From: a bacterium
GTDB taxonomy: Bacteria; JADJOY01
Length of the DNA stretch: 64,000 nt
Assembly (NCBI GenBank): GCA_046331705.1
Contig: JAXLQJ010000002.1
Coordinates: 1 to 64,000, forward strand
Direction: 5' to 3'
The position numbers and the translations under genes are program-made. Below, one piece after another: positions 1 through 11,905 of the stretch. Position 1 is the stretch's first letter, and the number at the start of each line of letters is the position of its first letter. Under the pieces are notes generated by a model, which did not search any database, had not been told where the DNA came from, and saw only the letters and a list, made by a program, of their open reading frames with translations.

Positions 1-239
1 GCCGCCAGCGACGCCACCGCCGCTTCCACCGAGACGTCGGCACGCAGCGTCACGAGCGACGACTTCCCCAAGGAAACCGCCGCAGCGCCCGGCGCCTGGA
101 CCGCGGCCAGCGCCGCAGACGAAGCCCCCTTCTTGAGCTTCACGATCACCTGACCCGGCACGAAGTCACCCGCGTGCGCGGTGCCGACGGCTGCCACTCC
201 CAGCAGCGCCAGCGCAGAAACCCATCCCCTCGTTCTCAT
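1..239 (-). CDS. N-terminal fragment of a secreted protein, probably an S8 subtilase (signal peptide + prodomain); runs off left edge
   Basis: Not in ORF track. Manual translation from ATG 239: MRTRGWVSALALLGVAAVGTAHA-GDFVPGQVIVKLKKG...; GGGGAGGGAG RBS upstream; FVPGQVIVKLK resembles subtilase prodomain starts. Confidence 0.6.
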   Translation of the reverse strand, partial: MRTRGWVSALALLGVAAVGTAHAGDFVPGQVIVKLKKGASSAALAAVQAPGAAAVSLGKSSLVTLRADVSVEAAVASLA

Positions 240-418
240 GCCCACTCCCTCCCCTTGTGTGACGGATGTTCGGCGGAACTGCCGGACACGCGTACGTCGA
301 TTGTAGGAGTGACGGGCGCGCCGCCGCAATCGCCACGGCCGCGGGTGCGCGGGCCAGCCGGCGGTCCCGGGTCCGTGCGCGGGGCCGGCAGCGGCACGTC
401 GGCCGGCCGGGCCGCCGG

Positions 419-3112
<2,694 letters not shown>

Positions 3113-3130
3113 GGGCGAGGCTCTCGAGCG

Positions 3131-4012
3131 TCAGCTCGACGGGCTCGCGGCGCCGCCCGCGGTGAGCGCGGAAGCGACGAGACGCGCCACGTCGTCGGCG
3201 GCGACACGGATCTCGGTGAGGAGCGGCTCGGGATCCGCGTCGGCGCCGCGTGCGAGCCGCTCCGCCAGCGTCGTCGCGCCGTGGGCCAGCGCGAGGGCGC
3301 CGATCTCGCCGGCGCGGCCCGCGAGCGCCGTCGCCACGACCCGGGCCGCCGTCGCGTTCCCGCCCTGAAGCAGCGTCGCCACCTCCGCGGCCTCCGCCGG
3401 TGCGGTGCGTCCCACCACCGCGAGATCCGCGGCGAGCCCTTGCTCGCCGCGGGCATCGAGCCGCCGCGCCAGAACGTCGAGATCGAGGACCGCGGGCGCC
3501 GTCGACGAGCGCCGGAGCCGCGTGAGCGCCGCGGCGACCGCATCCACGCGCACCGGCTTGAGCAGGACCTCGACCATTCCCGCCGCCAGGCATTGCTGCT
3601 GCTCGGCGGCGCTCTCGGCGCCCGTCATCGCGATCACGTAGGGCGCGCTCGCGGCGCCGAACCGGGCGCGGATCTGGCGGGTCGCGGCGAGCCCGTCCAG
3701 GACCGGCATCTGCACGTCCATCAGCACCACGTCGTAGCGCTTGCGCACCACGGCCTGGATGGCCTCGAGGCCGTTGCCGGCGGAGTCCGCGTCGTAGCCG
3801 AGGCGTTTGAGCGTCGCCTGCGCGAGCTTCAGATTGAGCGCGTTGTCCTCGACGATCAGGATGACGAGCGGCAGCCGCTCGCGAAACGAGGCGTCGAGGG
3901 GCATGGCGGCGGAACCCGCCGCGGCCTCGGCCGACGGAGCGGGGTCGCCCCGACGCGCCTCGAGGACGCGGCTCAATCGGTCGAGAAGGCTCGAGGACGC
4001 GAAACCGCCCAT
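3131..4012 (-). CDS. Response regulator receiver + degenerate Hpt-like domain (start uncertain)
   Basis: [22 protein letters not shown] receiver motifs; C-terminal helical region aligns by eye to Hpt but lacks the His. Confidence 0.8.
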   Translation of the reverse strand: MGGFASSSLLDRLSRVLEARRGDPAPSAEAAAGSAAMPLDASFRERLPLVILIVEDNALNLKLAQATLKRLGYDADSAGNGLEAIQAVVRKRYDVVLMDVQMPVLDGLAATRQIRARFGAASAPYVIAMTGAESAAEQQQCLAAGMVEVLLKPVRVDAVAAALTRLRRSSTAPAVLDLDVLARRLDARGEQGLAADLAVVGRTAPAEAAEVATLLQGGNATAARVVATALAGRAGEIGALALAHGATTLAERLARGADADPEPLLTEIRVAADDVARLVASALTAGGAASPSS

Positions 4013-4296
4013 GAGTGGCCGGCGGCGGGCGCGCACGGCACGCGCGAGGGCCGCACGTGACGCAGCCTAGCTCGAATCACGGGCGAGAGGGACGGTTTCG
4101 AGCGCTCCGCCGCCACGGCCTCGATCCGCCCCGGCCCGAGCAGGGCGGAGCGTGCGCCGCCAAGACGCGACGGGCTCCGTATGAAGATCGAACGGGCTAT
4201 GCGAATTCCGAACAGGCAGCGGCGCCGTCCCCCCGGCGGCCGCAGCGAAGCGTGAAGCATTCCAGGAAATTACCGTGTTCACCAGGTACGCGCCGA

Positions 4297-4313
4297 CGGG
4301 CACTGGCCTTGCT
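4297..4313 (+). promoter_or_regulatory. Candidate sigma-54 (-24/-12) promoter
   Basis: CGGGCACTGGCCTTGCT vs consensus YTGGCACGNNNNTTGCW, correct GG-N10-GC spacing, about 85 nt upstream of ATG 4399. Confidence 0.45.
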
Positions 4314-4398
4314 CTCGTGTCGCTTGCCGCGCGCCTGGCCTGTGCACGCGGGGCAAACGTCGCGAGCGCACCCCTCCTCTCGCCACCCAACGGCACTC

Positions 4399-5730
4399 AT
4401 GGTCGACCCCACGGACCGCGTACTGGATCGCAGCGCGACCGCGCCGACGGTGCTCGTCGTCGACCACGCCGACGTCGAGACCGAGCGCTTGATCGCGGCG
4501 CTGATCGCGAGGGGCTTCGACACCCGCCTGGCGCCGAGCGGCGCGGATGCGCTCGGCAAGATCGAGCGCACACCCACGGACTTGGTGCTGCTCGAGCTCG
4601 ATCTTCCCGACATGCCGGGACTCGAGGTGCTGCGCACCGTGCGTGCACGCGCCAATCCGGTCGATCTTCCCGTGATCGTCCTGAGCCGGGTGGCGAACCG
4701 CGGCGCCATCTTCGAGGCCTTCCAGCTCGGGGGAAACGACTTCGTCATCAAGCCGCTCGACGTGGACGTGTGCGTGGCGCGCGTCCGCGCCCACCTGCGC
4801 GTGCGGCGCGTGCCGCGGGTCGCGGACGATTTGGAGTCCGCCCAGAACGGCGGCGAACGGGATGCGGACGCCGACGAGGCACGAGCGGTCATCGCTGGCC
4901 GCTACGAGCTGGGCGAGATCTTGGGCAGCGGCACGTTCGGCGTGGTGTACCGCGCGCGCCACCGGGAGCTCGGTGACGAGGTCGCGCTCAAGGTGCTTCA
5001 CCCCGAGCACGCCGCGCGCGTCGATTCGCGCGCTCGCTTCGAGCGCGAGGCGCGTGCCGCGTGGACGATCAAGCACCCCAACGCCGTGACCGTGCTCGAT
5101 TTCGGCATCGACGGCGACGACCGCGCCTACGTCGTGATGGAGCTGCTGGAAGGCGTGCCGCTCAGCACCGCCATGGAGCAGCCCGAGCCGTTCACGATCG
5201 CGCGCGCTCTCGAGGTCGTGATCGCGGTGTGCGCCGCGCTCGAGGCCGCGCACGCGCTCGACATCGTCCATCGCGACGTGAAGCCCTCGAACGTCTTCCT
5301 CGCGTCGCGGCGCGGCCGCGAGCAAGTGAAGCTTCTCGACTTCGGGCTCGCCGAGCTGGTGACCGGCACCGCCAAGCTCACGATGGAAGGCTGGGTGGGG
5401 ACCCCCACCTACATGGCGCCCGAGCGATTCACCGACGAGCCCTGCGACGGGCGATCCGACGTCTACTCGGTGGGCGTGCTGCTCCACGAGCTGCTGGCGG
5501 GGCGCGCACCCTTCGAGTCCATCGCGGACGATCCGCTCGCGCTCGCGATCCAGCATCTGCACGATCCGCCGCCGCGCCTCTCCACGCTGCGGCCCGATGC
5601 TCCGCGCTGCGTCGACCAGGCCGTCGAGTGGGCCATGGCCAAGCGACCCGAGCAGCGGCCCAGCGCTCGCGAGCTCAAGGAGCTGCTCGAGAAGGCGCGC
5701 GCCGCGCTCGACTCCGACGCTCCGCAGTGA
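4399..5730 (+). CDS. Receiver-domain + Hanks-type Ser/Thr protein kinase fusion
   Basis: N-terminal REC fold (VLVVD, DLVLLELDLP, IKP); kinase LGSGTFG, VALKVL, HRDVKPSN, DFG, GTPTYMAPE, DVYSVG. Confidence 0.92.
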   Translation: MVDPTDRVLDRSATAPTVLVVDHADVETERLIAALIARGFDTRLAPSGADALGKIERTPTDLVLLELDLPDMPGLEVLRTVRARANPVDLPVIVLSRVANRGAIFEAFQLGGNDFVIKPLDVDVCVARVRAHLRVRRVPRVADDLESAQNGGERDADADEARAVIAGRYELGEILGSGTFGVVYRARHRELGDEVALKVLHPEHAARVDSRARFEREARAAWTIKHPNAVTVLDFGIDGDDRAYVVMELLEGVPLSTAMEQPEPFTIARALEVVIAVCAALEAAHALDIVHRDVKPSNVFLASRRGREQVKLLDFGLAELVTGTAKLTMEGWVGTPTYMAPERFTDEPCDGRSDVYSVGVLLHELLAGRAPFESIADDPLALAIQHLHDPPPRLSTLRPDAPRCVDQAVEWAMAKRPEQRPSARELKELLEKARAALDSDAPQ

Positions 5731-5802
5731 TTCACGCCCACCGAACGGTATGATCCGCGGCCCACGCGCTCGCGGCAGCGAGCGCCCATCCCGAGGCGCC
5801 CG

Positions 5803-6903
5803 ATGCCGCGCAGCCGTCGCACCACCGATTCCACGCGTTCCCGACGTGCGCGAGCAACGCGCACCGCATCACGAGCCTCCGACGTCGGAAGGCTGATCGG
5901 CAGCGACGGGCGGCCGCGCTTCGGCGTCTTTCCCGGCGCGGTGCGCGAGGTGAACGTTGCCGACTATCGGCACCGCACCGCGATGGGCGGCCCCGCCGGC
6001 CCCTTCGCGCGCTGGCTCGGCTTCAAGCAATTCCAGTACTTCGGCATCATCAGCGACGCGGCGCTCTTCGGTTGCGCGCTGGCGAACCTGCGCACGCTGG
6101 GGCTCGGGTTCGTCTATCTGCACGTGCCGGGGCGCGGCATGGTGGTCGAGCGCAGCGTGCGCACGCCGCTCGGGCTCGGACTCGAGCTCTCGGGCTCGCC
6201 CGTGGCCGGGGAAAGTCGCATGAAGGCCGGCGCGCTCGACGTCCGCTTCGGCTACCAGGACGCGCCACGGCGCAAGACCATGCGCGTCAGGCTCGGCAAC
6301 GAGCTCGCCGTGGAGGCGGTTCTCGACGAGAGCGCGGCGGGCTTCGAGCCGATGTCGCTCTGCACGCGCATCGGCCGGAACGGCTGGGTGTACGCCCACA
6401 AGGTCGCGGGCGTTCCCGTCGCGGGAACGATTCGACACGGCGACGCGGCGATCGACCTCGCCTCCGCGCACGCCTACGCGCACCACGACTTCTCCGCCGG
6501 CTACATGCGTCGCGAGACGTTCTGGAACTGGGCGTGCCTGTCGGGCGAGACCGTCGACGGACGCCCGGTCGGGCTCAACGTCTCGTGCGGGGTCAACGAG
6601 ACCAGCTTCACCGAGAACTGTTTCTGGCTCGACGGAAAGCTCCACGCGCTGGGGCTCTGCCACTTCACCTACGAATGGGATCGCCCCATGGAGCCATGGC
6701 GCGTCGCCAGCAACGACGGGCGCCTCGACCTCACGTTCGTGGCCGAAGGGCAGCACGCCGAGCGCCTCGACCTCGGTCTGGCGGCCTCGGACTTCAAGCA
6801 GATCTTCGGCCGCTTCTCGGGAACGCTGCGCACCGAGAAGGGCGAGCGCCTCGAGGTCCGCGATGCCCGCGGCTTCGTCGAGGACCAGTACGCGAAGTGG
6901 TGA
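5803..6903 (+). CDS. DUF2804-family protein (start uncertain)
   Basis: KQFQYFG, DFSAGYMRRETFWNWA, GVNETSFTENCFWLDG, FKQIFGRFSG, GFVEDQYAKW pattern; TATGAT -10-like hexamer at 5748. Confidence 0.75.
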   Translation: MPRSRRTTDSTRSRRARATRTASRASDVGRLIGSDGRPRFGVFPGAVREVNVADYRHRTAMGGPAGPFARWLGFKQFQYFGIISDAALFGCALANLRTLGLGFVYLHVPGRGMVVERSVRTPLGLGLELSGSPVAGESRMKAGALDVRFGYQDAPRRKTMRVRLGNELAVEAVLDESAAGFEPMSLCTRIGRNGWVYAHKVAGVPVAGTIRHGDAAIDLASAHAYAHHDFSAGYMRRETFWNWACLSGETVDGRPVGLNVSCGVNETSFTENCFWLDGKLHALGLCHFTYEWDRPMEPWRVASNDGRLDLTFVAEGQHAERLDLGLAASDFKQIFGRFSGTLRTEKGERLEVRDARGFVEDQYAKW

Positions 6904-6932
6904 AGCCGCGGGCGTTCTCCGTGTCGCAGGCG

Positions 6933-6949
6933 CGCGGATGAATCCGCGC
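6933..6949. terminator. GC-rich hairpin between convergent genes (terminator or REP-like)
   Basis: GCGCGGA-TGAA-TCCGCGC (starts 6932), perfect 7-bp stem; no U tract. Confidence 0.35.
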
Positions 6950-7049
6950 ATCCATCGCGCATTCGAGCCACTCGACGGCCGAGGGCGTTGGAACGGAACC
7001 GCCCGATCGCCGGTCGCGTGACGGCCGCCGAGCCCGTCGAGCTCGCGCC

Positions 7050-8621
7050 TCAGCGGCGAAACGGCAGTCGCCGGTCGCGAACGCTCGCGAGGGTGTCGCT
7101 CACGCGCGCGGTGAGCTCGGGTGTTCGCGTTCGCACCGCCTCGTCGGAACGCGCGCGCGACGCGGCGAGCACCGCGGCGCTCGCCCGATCCTCGTCCCAG
7201 GCGTAGACGTCGGTGGGATTCGAGGAGCGAGTGTTGGTGCGCGCGTAGACGGGTACGAAGCGGTCGCCGTCGGGGACCAACGCCTGGTAATCGCCGACGA
7301 AGAGCCCGCGCGCGTTCGGCGCCAGCGCGAGGTCGAAGGGGCCCGCGACCTGCCGCTCCGTCCACGTGACACCGTCGCGGGACTCGGCGAGCCACAGGTC
7401 GGTCCAAAGCGTGCGCGGATCGGACGTGTTGTCGCGGAAGTCGGAGTAGAGGACGCCGATGGTGCCGTCGTCGCGCACCGCGATCGCCGGCGTGAAGGCC
7501 TCGACCGCCGGCTCGCCGTTGACCGGCGCGGGCTCGCTCCAGGTGAGTCCTCCGTCGTCGGAGCGCGCGAGCACGATGCCCTCGCGCTGGCCGCCGCCGA
7601 AGCGGGCGTCTTGCCACGTGACGAGGAGGGTGTCGTCCGGCGCCACGGCGAGCTGCGCGATGCCCGCGCTGTCGCGGATGCCCACCTGCGTCTCGGGGTC
7701 CACGGCGCCGATCGCGAGCAGCTCCGCGATCGTGATCGGCGCGGACCAGCTGGCGCCATGATCGCTGGAACGAAGCACCCGCAACGACGCGTGCTGTGTC
7801 TGATCCGGATCGGTGTCGATCTGGGTGAAGAGCGCGATCACGGTGCCGTCGCCGAGCACCGCGATCAGGTTGCCGAGGGTCTGGCTCGACGGTCCGGGAT
7901 CGTAGAGGATCCGCGCCGGCTCCCAGCTCGCGCCGCCGTCGACGGTGCGTGCGAGCCAGCTCGGGCCGCTGAGATCGTTCACCAGCCGATCCCACACCGC
8001 GTAGACGTAGTCCCCGTCGTTGGGGTCGGCGGTGATCGTTTCCTTGTCGTCGAAGGCCTCGCCGCCGTCGGCGATGAGCACGGCGGGCGGGCTCCAGGTT
8101 CGGCCGCCGTCGGTGGATCGCACCACCAGCACGGCGCTGGTCGAATCCGGCTGGAACGACGCACCGGTGAAGGAGAGCGCGATCGCGAACGCGACGCCAC
8201 GCGGAGAGAACGTGATCCATGGATCCGACGCGCGCCCGTAGCTCGCGCCGATGCCGCCGCCGGCGCACGCCGAAACCGGTAGCACCGCGCGCTCCCAGCT
8301 TCGCCCGCCGTCGAACGACGCGCCGCTCACGAGCCCGCGCGCGCCTCCGTCCGACCAGCGATCCTGTTGCCAGACCGCCACCAGGTTCGCGGGATTCACT
8401 GGATTGATCGCGGCGTGGGGCTCGACCTCGGCTTGCGGATAGAGCGTGCCGCGCGAGGTCTCGCCGCAGCTCGCGGGAAACGGCGACGTGCTCGACACCC
8501 GCGTCTCCCGCGACCCGGGGGGAGGCGTGCCCTGCCCCGACCCGCCACCGCCGCCGCAACCGATCGCCGCCGCGAGAACCCAAGCGCTCGCCGCGCGCAC
8601 GCGCCCGGCCTGAACGTCCAT
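7050..8621 (-). CDS. Lipoprotein with sialidase-like/BNR (Asp-box) beta-propeller
   Basis: ATG 8621 with GGAGGAG RBS; AAAIGC lipobox; Asp-boxes SFDGGRSW, STDGGRTW, TVDGGASW, SSDHGASW, SDDGGLTW; C-terminal FVGDYQAL. Confidence 0.85.
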   Translation of the reverse strand: MDVQAGRVRAASAWVLAAAIGCGGGGGSGQGTPPPGSRETRVSSTSPFPASCGETSRGTLYPQAEVEPHAAINPVNPANLVAVWQQDRWSDGGARGLVSGASFDGGRSWERAVLPVSACAGGGIGASYGRASDPWITFSPRGVAFAIALSFTGASFQPDSTSAVLVVRSTDGGRTWSPPAVLIADGGEAFDDKETITADPNDGDYVYAVWDRLVNDLSGPSWLARTVDGGASWEPARILYDPGPSSQTLGNLIAVLGDGTVIALFTQIDTDPDQTQHASLRVLRSSDHGASWSAPITIAELLAIGAVDPETQVGIRDSAGIAQLAVAPDDTLLVTWQDARFGGGQREGIVLARSDDGGLTWSEPAPVNGEPAVEAFTPAIAVRDDGTIGVLYSDFRDNTSDPRTLWTDLWLAESRDGVTWTERQVAGPFDLALAPNARGLFVGDYQALVPDGDRFVPVYARTNTRSSNPTDVYAWDEDRASAAVLAASRARSDEAVRTRTPELTARVSDTLASVRDRRLPFRR

Positions 8622-8761
8622 GGTGCGCTCCTCCGTGAGCGCATCATGGCGCCGTTCCGGGCGCGACGAAACCGCGCGCCACCCGGGCCGATCGACGCCG
8701 CCGCCCGCGAAGGCCCGAGCCCTCGCCGTGCGGCGCGCGAGCGTCCCCGCCGGCTCCCGTC

Positions 8762-10270
8762 TCAGCCCATTCGATACTGGCTGGTGTCGAAGTGACGCGT
8801 GCGAGCTCGGTACTCGAAGGTGAACCCGGGCCAGGTGGTGCTGTTGCGGCCCTGCTCGTCCAGATACCAGCTCTGGCAACCGGTGGCCCAGACGGAGCGG
8901 GCCAGCCGCTGCTGGATGCGCGACGTGAACGCGTCCTGGATCTCCGGGCGCGGGTCGACCGTGCGGACGTGGGCCGCGTCCATCGCGCGGATGGCCTCGA
9001 TCACGTAGTGGATCTGCGACTCGATCATGTAGATCATCGAGTTGTGGCCCAGGCCGGTGTTCGGCCCCATCAGGAAGAAGAGGTTCGGATAGCCGCTCAC
9101 GGTGATGCCGTAGAGCGTGCGCGCGCCGTCGCTCCAATCCGCCGCCAGCTCGCGTCCGCCGGCTCCGCGCACGTCGAGTCCCGAGAGCAGCTCGCTGACC
9201 TTGAAGCCGGTGCAGTAGACGACCGCGTCCGTGGCGCGCTCGCGTCCGTCGCCGGTGACGATCGCTCGTCGCCGGAACTCCGCGATCGGCTCGGTGATCA
9301 CCTCGACGTTGGGCCGCACCACCGCCGGGTAGTAGTCGTCCGAGAGCAGGGTGCGCTTGCAGCCCATCGTGTAACGCGGGGTGAGCTTCTTGCGCAGCGC
9401 GCGGTCCTTCACGTGCCTGGCGATGTTGGCGCGACCGAGGCGCTCGGCGAGCGACATGATCCGCGGATTCACCGCGAACCCGAGCACGCGCGGCTCGAGC
9501 GTCCAGTAGATCTGCTGGCGGTGCAGCCACTCGAGCGCGGGAAACCGCTCGAAGAGCCGCTTCTCCCGCGCGCTGTAGGCGCGATCGTTGCGCGGCAGCA
9601 CCCAGCTCGGGGTGCGCTGGTAGTAGTGGAGCTCGGCGACCCGATCGACGATCGCCGGCACCACCTGGATCGCGCTCGCGCCCGAGCCGATCACCGCGAC
9701 GCGCTTGCCCGCCAAGTCCACCGAGTGATCCCACTCCGCCGAATGGAAGGCCGGCCCGGCGAAGCGCTCGTCCCCCTGGAAACGCGGCTTCGACGGCACG
9801 TGCAGCGCGCCCTTGCCGGCCACGAGGATCGGGAAGTGGAGCACCTGGCCGTCCCGGGTGTGGACGTCCCAGCGCTTCGCGTCGTCGTCGAAATGGGCCG
9901 CCGTCACCTCGACGCCGAAGCGGATGTACGGCCGGATGCCGTACTTGTCGGCGCAATGACGGATGTACTCGAGGATCTCGGGCTGGGGCGCGAAGACCCG
10001 CGACCAATCCGCCTTGGGCTCGAACGAGTAGCAGTAGAGGTGCGAGGGCACGTCGCAAGCGGCGCCCGGATACGTGTTCTCGCGCCAGGTGCCGCCCACC
10101 TCGTCGGCCTTCTCGAGGATGACGAAGTCGTCGATGCCTTCCTGCTTGAGCCGGATGGCCATCCCGAGCCCGGAGAAGCCCGACCCGAGGATGCCGATGC
10201 GCGCCGTGCTCGGCGCCGACTTGGAGCGACCGTTCGCGGGCACCTTCCGGGAAGCTCGAGGCTTGGCCAT
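8762..10270 (-). CDS. Flavin-containing (Baeyer-Villiger-type) monooxygenase
   Basis: GSGFSG, GGTWRENTYPGAACD, fingerprint FAGPAFHSAEW, second GSGASA; GAAGGAG RBS before ATG 10270. Confidence 0.93.
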   Translation of the reverse strand: MAKPRASRKVPANGRSKSAPSTARIGILGSGFSGLGMAIRLKQEGIDDFVILEKADEVGGTWRENTYPGAACDVPSHLYCYSFEPKADWSRVFAPQPEILEYIRHCADKYGIRPYIRFGVEVTAAHFDDDAKRWDVHTRDGQVLHFPILVAGKGALHVPSKPRFQGDERFAGPAFHSAEWDHSVDLAGKRVAVIGSGASAIQVVPAIVDRVAELHYYQRTPSWVLPRNDRAYSAREKRLFERFPALEWLHRQQIYWTLEPRVLGFAVNPRIMSLAERLGRANIARHVKDRALRKKLTPRYTMGCKRTLLSDDYYPAVVRPNVEVITEPIAEFRRRAIVTGDGRERATDAVVYCTGFKVSELLSGLDVRGAGGRELAADWSDGARTLYGITVSGYPNLFFLMGPNTGLGHNSMIYMIESQIHYVIEAIRAMDAAHVRTVDPRPEIQDAFTSRIQQRLARSVWATGCQSWYLDEQGRNSTTWPGFTFEYRARTRHFDTSQYRMG

Positions 10271-10315
10271 GGTCGGCTCTCCTTCGCTCGGCGGCGCCGT
10301 GCGCATCGCCGAGAT

Positions 10316-10365
10316 CATCTGACATGCAATCGTGTCAGTTTCCATCTGACAATGGATCGTGTCAA
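10316..10365. promoter_or_regulatory. Tandem palindromic operator, 2 x TGACA-N8-TGTCA
   Basis: CATCTGACATGCAATCGTGTCAG (10316-10338) and CATCTGACAATGGATCGTGTCAA (10343-10365) in the divergent monooxygenase/TetR gap. Confidence 0.8.
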
Positions 10366-10366
10366 G

Positions 10367-11146
10367 ATGACGCGCATGAAGACGGAAGGCGTCGTGGTCG
10401 GCAGGAACTACCGGGGCAAGGCGGCGGAGGACCGCTCCCAGGAGCGCCGCGCGCGCTTCGTGGAGGCGGGACTCGAGCTCTTCGGCACCACCGGCTTCGC
10501 CGCCGCCACGGTGAAGTCGCTGTGCGTCGAGGCGGGCCTCACCGAGCGCTACTTCTACGAGTCGTTCGCCCATCGCGAGGAGCTCTTCCTGGCCGTCGCC
10601 ACCCAATGCGTGGGCGGGCTCATGAGCGCGCTCGAGCAGGCCGAGCGCGAGACCGCCGGCCCCACCGTCGGCCGCGTGCCCGCGATGCTCGAGGTCTTCT
10701 TCCGCTGGTTCCGCGACGACCACCGCCGTGCGCGCATCCAGCTCTTCGAGCCGCTGGTCATGGGGCCCGAGTTCCAGGCGCTCTATCGCGAGGTGGTCGC
10801 GGCGTTCGCCGTGCAGGTGCGCAGCTCGCTGTTCGCGGGGCTCGAGGGCGAGCTGCGCCGGCGCGGGCTCGACCCCGAGCTCCTGAGCCGCGCGCTGGTG
10901 GGCGGCGCCGTCGAGATCGCCAAGGAATGGGTGCTCGCCGGTTACCGCCGGCCCATCCCGCAGATGGTTCGCACCACCGCCTTCCCGCTGCAGGCGCTGG
11001 TCGAGTCGCTCAGCCCCGCTTCACGGCCCGCCACACTTCCTCGGTCGGCCACCGCGACGCCCACCCCACGGACACGAAGTCGTAGCGGCTCGTCGCGTCC
11101 GCGGGCGCCTCGATCTCGACCAGATCGAGGATCTCGAAGCCGTTGA
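10367..11146 (+). CDS. TetR/AcrR family transcriptional regulator (start 10352/10367/10376 uncertain)
   Basis: RRARFVEAGLELFGTTGFAAATVKSLCVEAGLTERYFYESF HTH; low-complexity tail overlaps the convergent gene. Confidence 0.9.
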   Translation: MTRMKTEGVVVGRNYRGKAAEDRSQERRARFVEAGLELFGTTGFAAATVKSLCVEAGLTERYFYESFAHREELFLAVATQCVGGLMSALEQAERETAGPTVGRVPAMLEVFFRWFRDDHRRARIQLFEPLVMGPEFQALYREVVAAFAVQVRSSLFAGLEGELRRRGLDPELLSRALVGGAVEIAKEWVLAGYRRPIPQMVRTTAFPLQALVESLSPASRPATLPRSATATPTPRTRSRSGSSRPRAPRSRPDRGSRSR

Positions 11147-11783
11147 CCCTGAGCCAGCGGATCATCTCTCCGTGCGGCAGGTGGAACTCGACGCTTCCGT
11201 CGGTGTCGCGCAGCCGGTGCGAGCCGAACTGCGGGCGCACCAGCGTTTCCCCGGCGACCGCAGGCGACGGCGGGAGCACCAGCGTCAGCAGGTAGCCGTT
11301 GGTCAGGAAGCGCAGCTCGCCACCGGGGCGCAGCAGCCGCGCGGCCTCCGGGATCCAATGGTACGGATCGCACCACAAGCACGCGCCGTACTCGGAGATC
11401 ACGAGGTCCGCGCAGCCGTCCGCGAGCGGCACGTGCTCCGCGTCGGCATGGAGCAGCGGAAAGAAGAGCCCATGCTCGCGCTGCAGCCGGCGAGCGGTCT
11501 CGAGCTGCGCCCACGCGCCGTCGAGCGCCACCGGCCGGCCGCCGCGGCGCGCGATCCACGCCGAGACGTAGGCGGTGCCGCAACCCAGCTCGACCGCATC
11601 CAGCCCCGAGCAGCTCGCGGGAAGCATCCGCGCGCGCGCCTCCGGCACGCCCCAGATCCCCCAGCTCGGCTCGGCGGCGCGCCACTCACGCTCGCCGGCC
11701 GCCACGTAGTCCGCCGCCCAGCGCTGCCAGCAGGCGCGATTGGCGAGGACGTGCGCTCGGGTGCTCGACTCGTCGTCCTTCAT
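11010..11783 (-). CDS. Class I SAM-dependent methyltransferase
   Basis: VELGCGTA motif I, DAEHVPLADGCADLVISEYGA, RLLRPGG. Confidence 0.88.
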   Translation of the reverse strand: MKDDESSTRAHVLANRACWQRWAADYVAAGEREWRAAEPSWGIWGVPEARARMLPASCSGLDAVELGCGTAYVSAWIARRGGRPVALDGAWAQLETARRLQREHGLFFPLLHADAEHVPLADGCADLVISEYGACLWCDPYHWIPEAARLLRPGGELRFLTNGYLLTLVLPPSPAVAGETLVRPQFGSHRLRDTDGSVEFHLPHGEMIRWLRVNGFEILDLVEIEAPADATSRYDFVSVGWASRWPTEEVWRAVKRG

Positions 11784-11905
11784 CGGGATCCCCGTGCGCG
11801 CCGCCGGCCGCGGACCGGCGCCGCCGATCTCGTGCGCCGCGGGGGTTGAGCACCGATGCCGCCGCGCGGCAAGATCGGGCGGCCAACCCGATCGCCGGGG
11901 CGCCG

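Noticed and set aside
7050..10325. Apparent 1091-aa fusion protein
   Set aside because: Only the part from ATG 8621 is protein-like; the rest is an alternate frame over the monooxygenase
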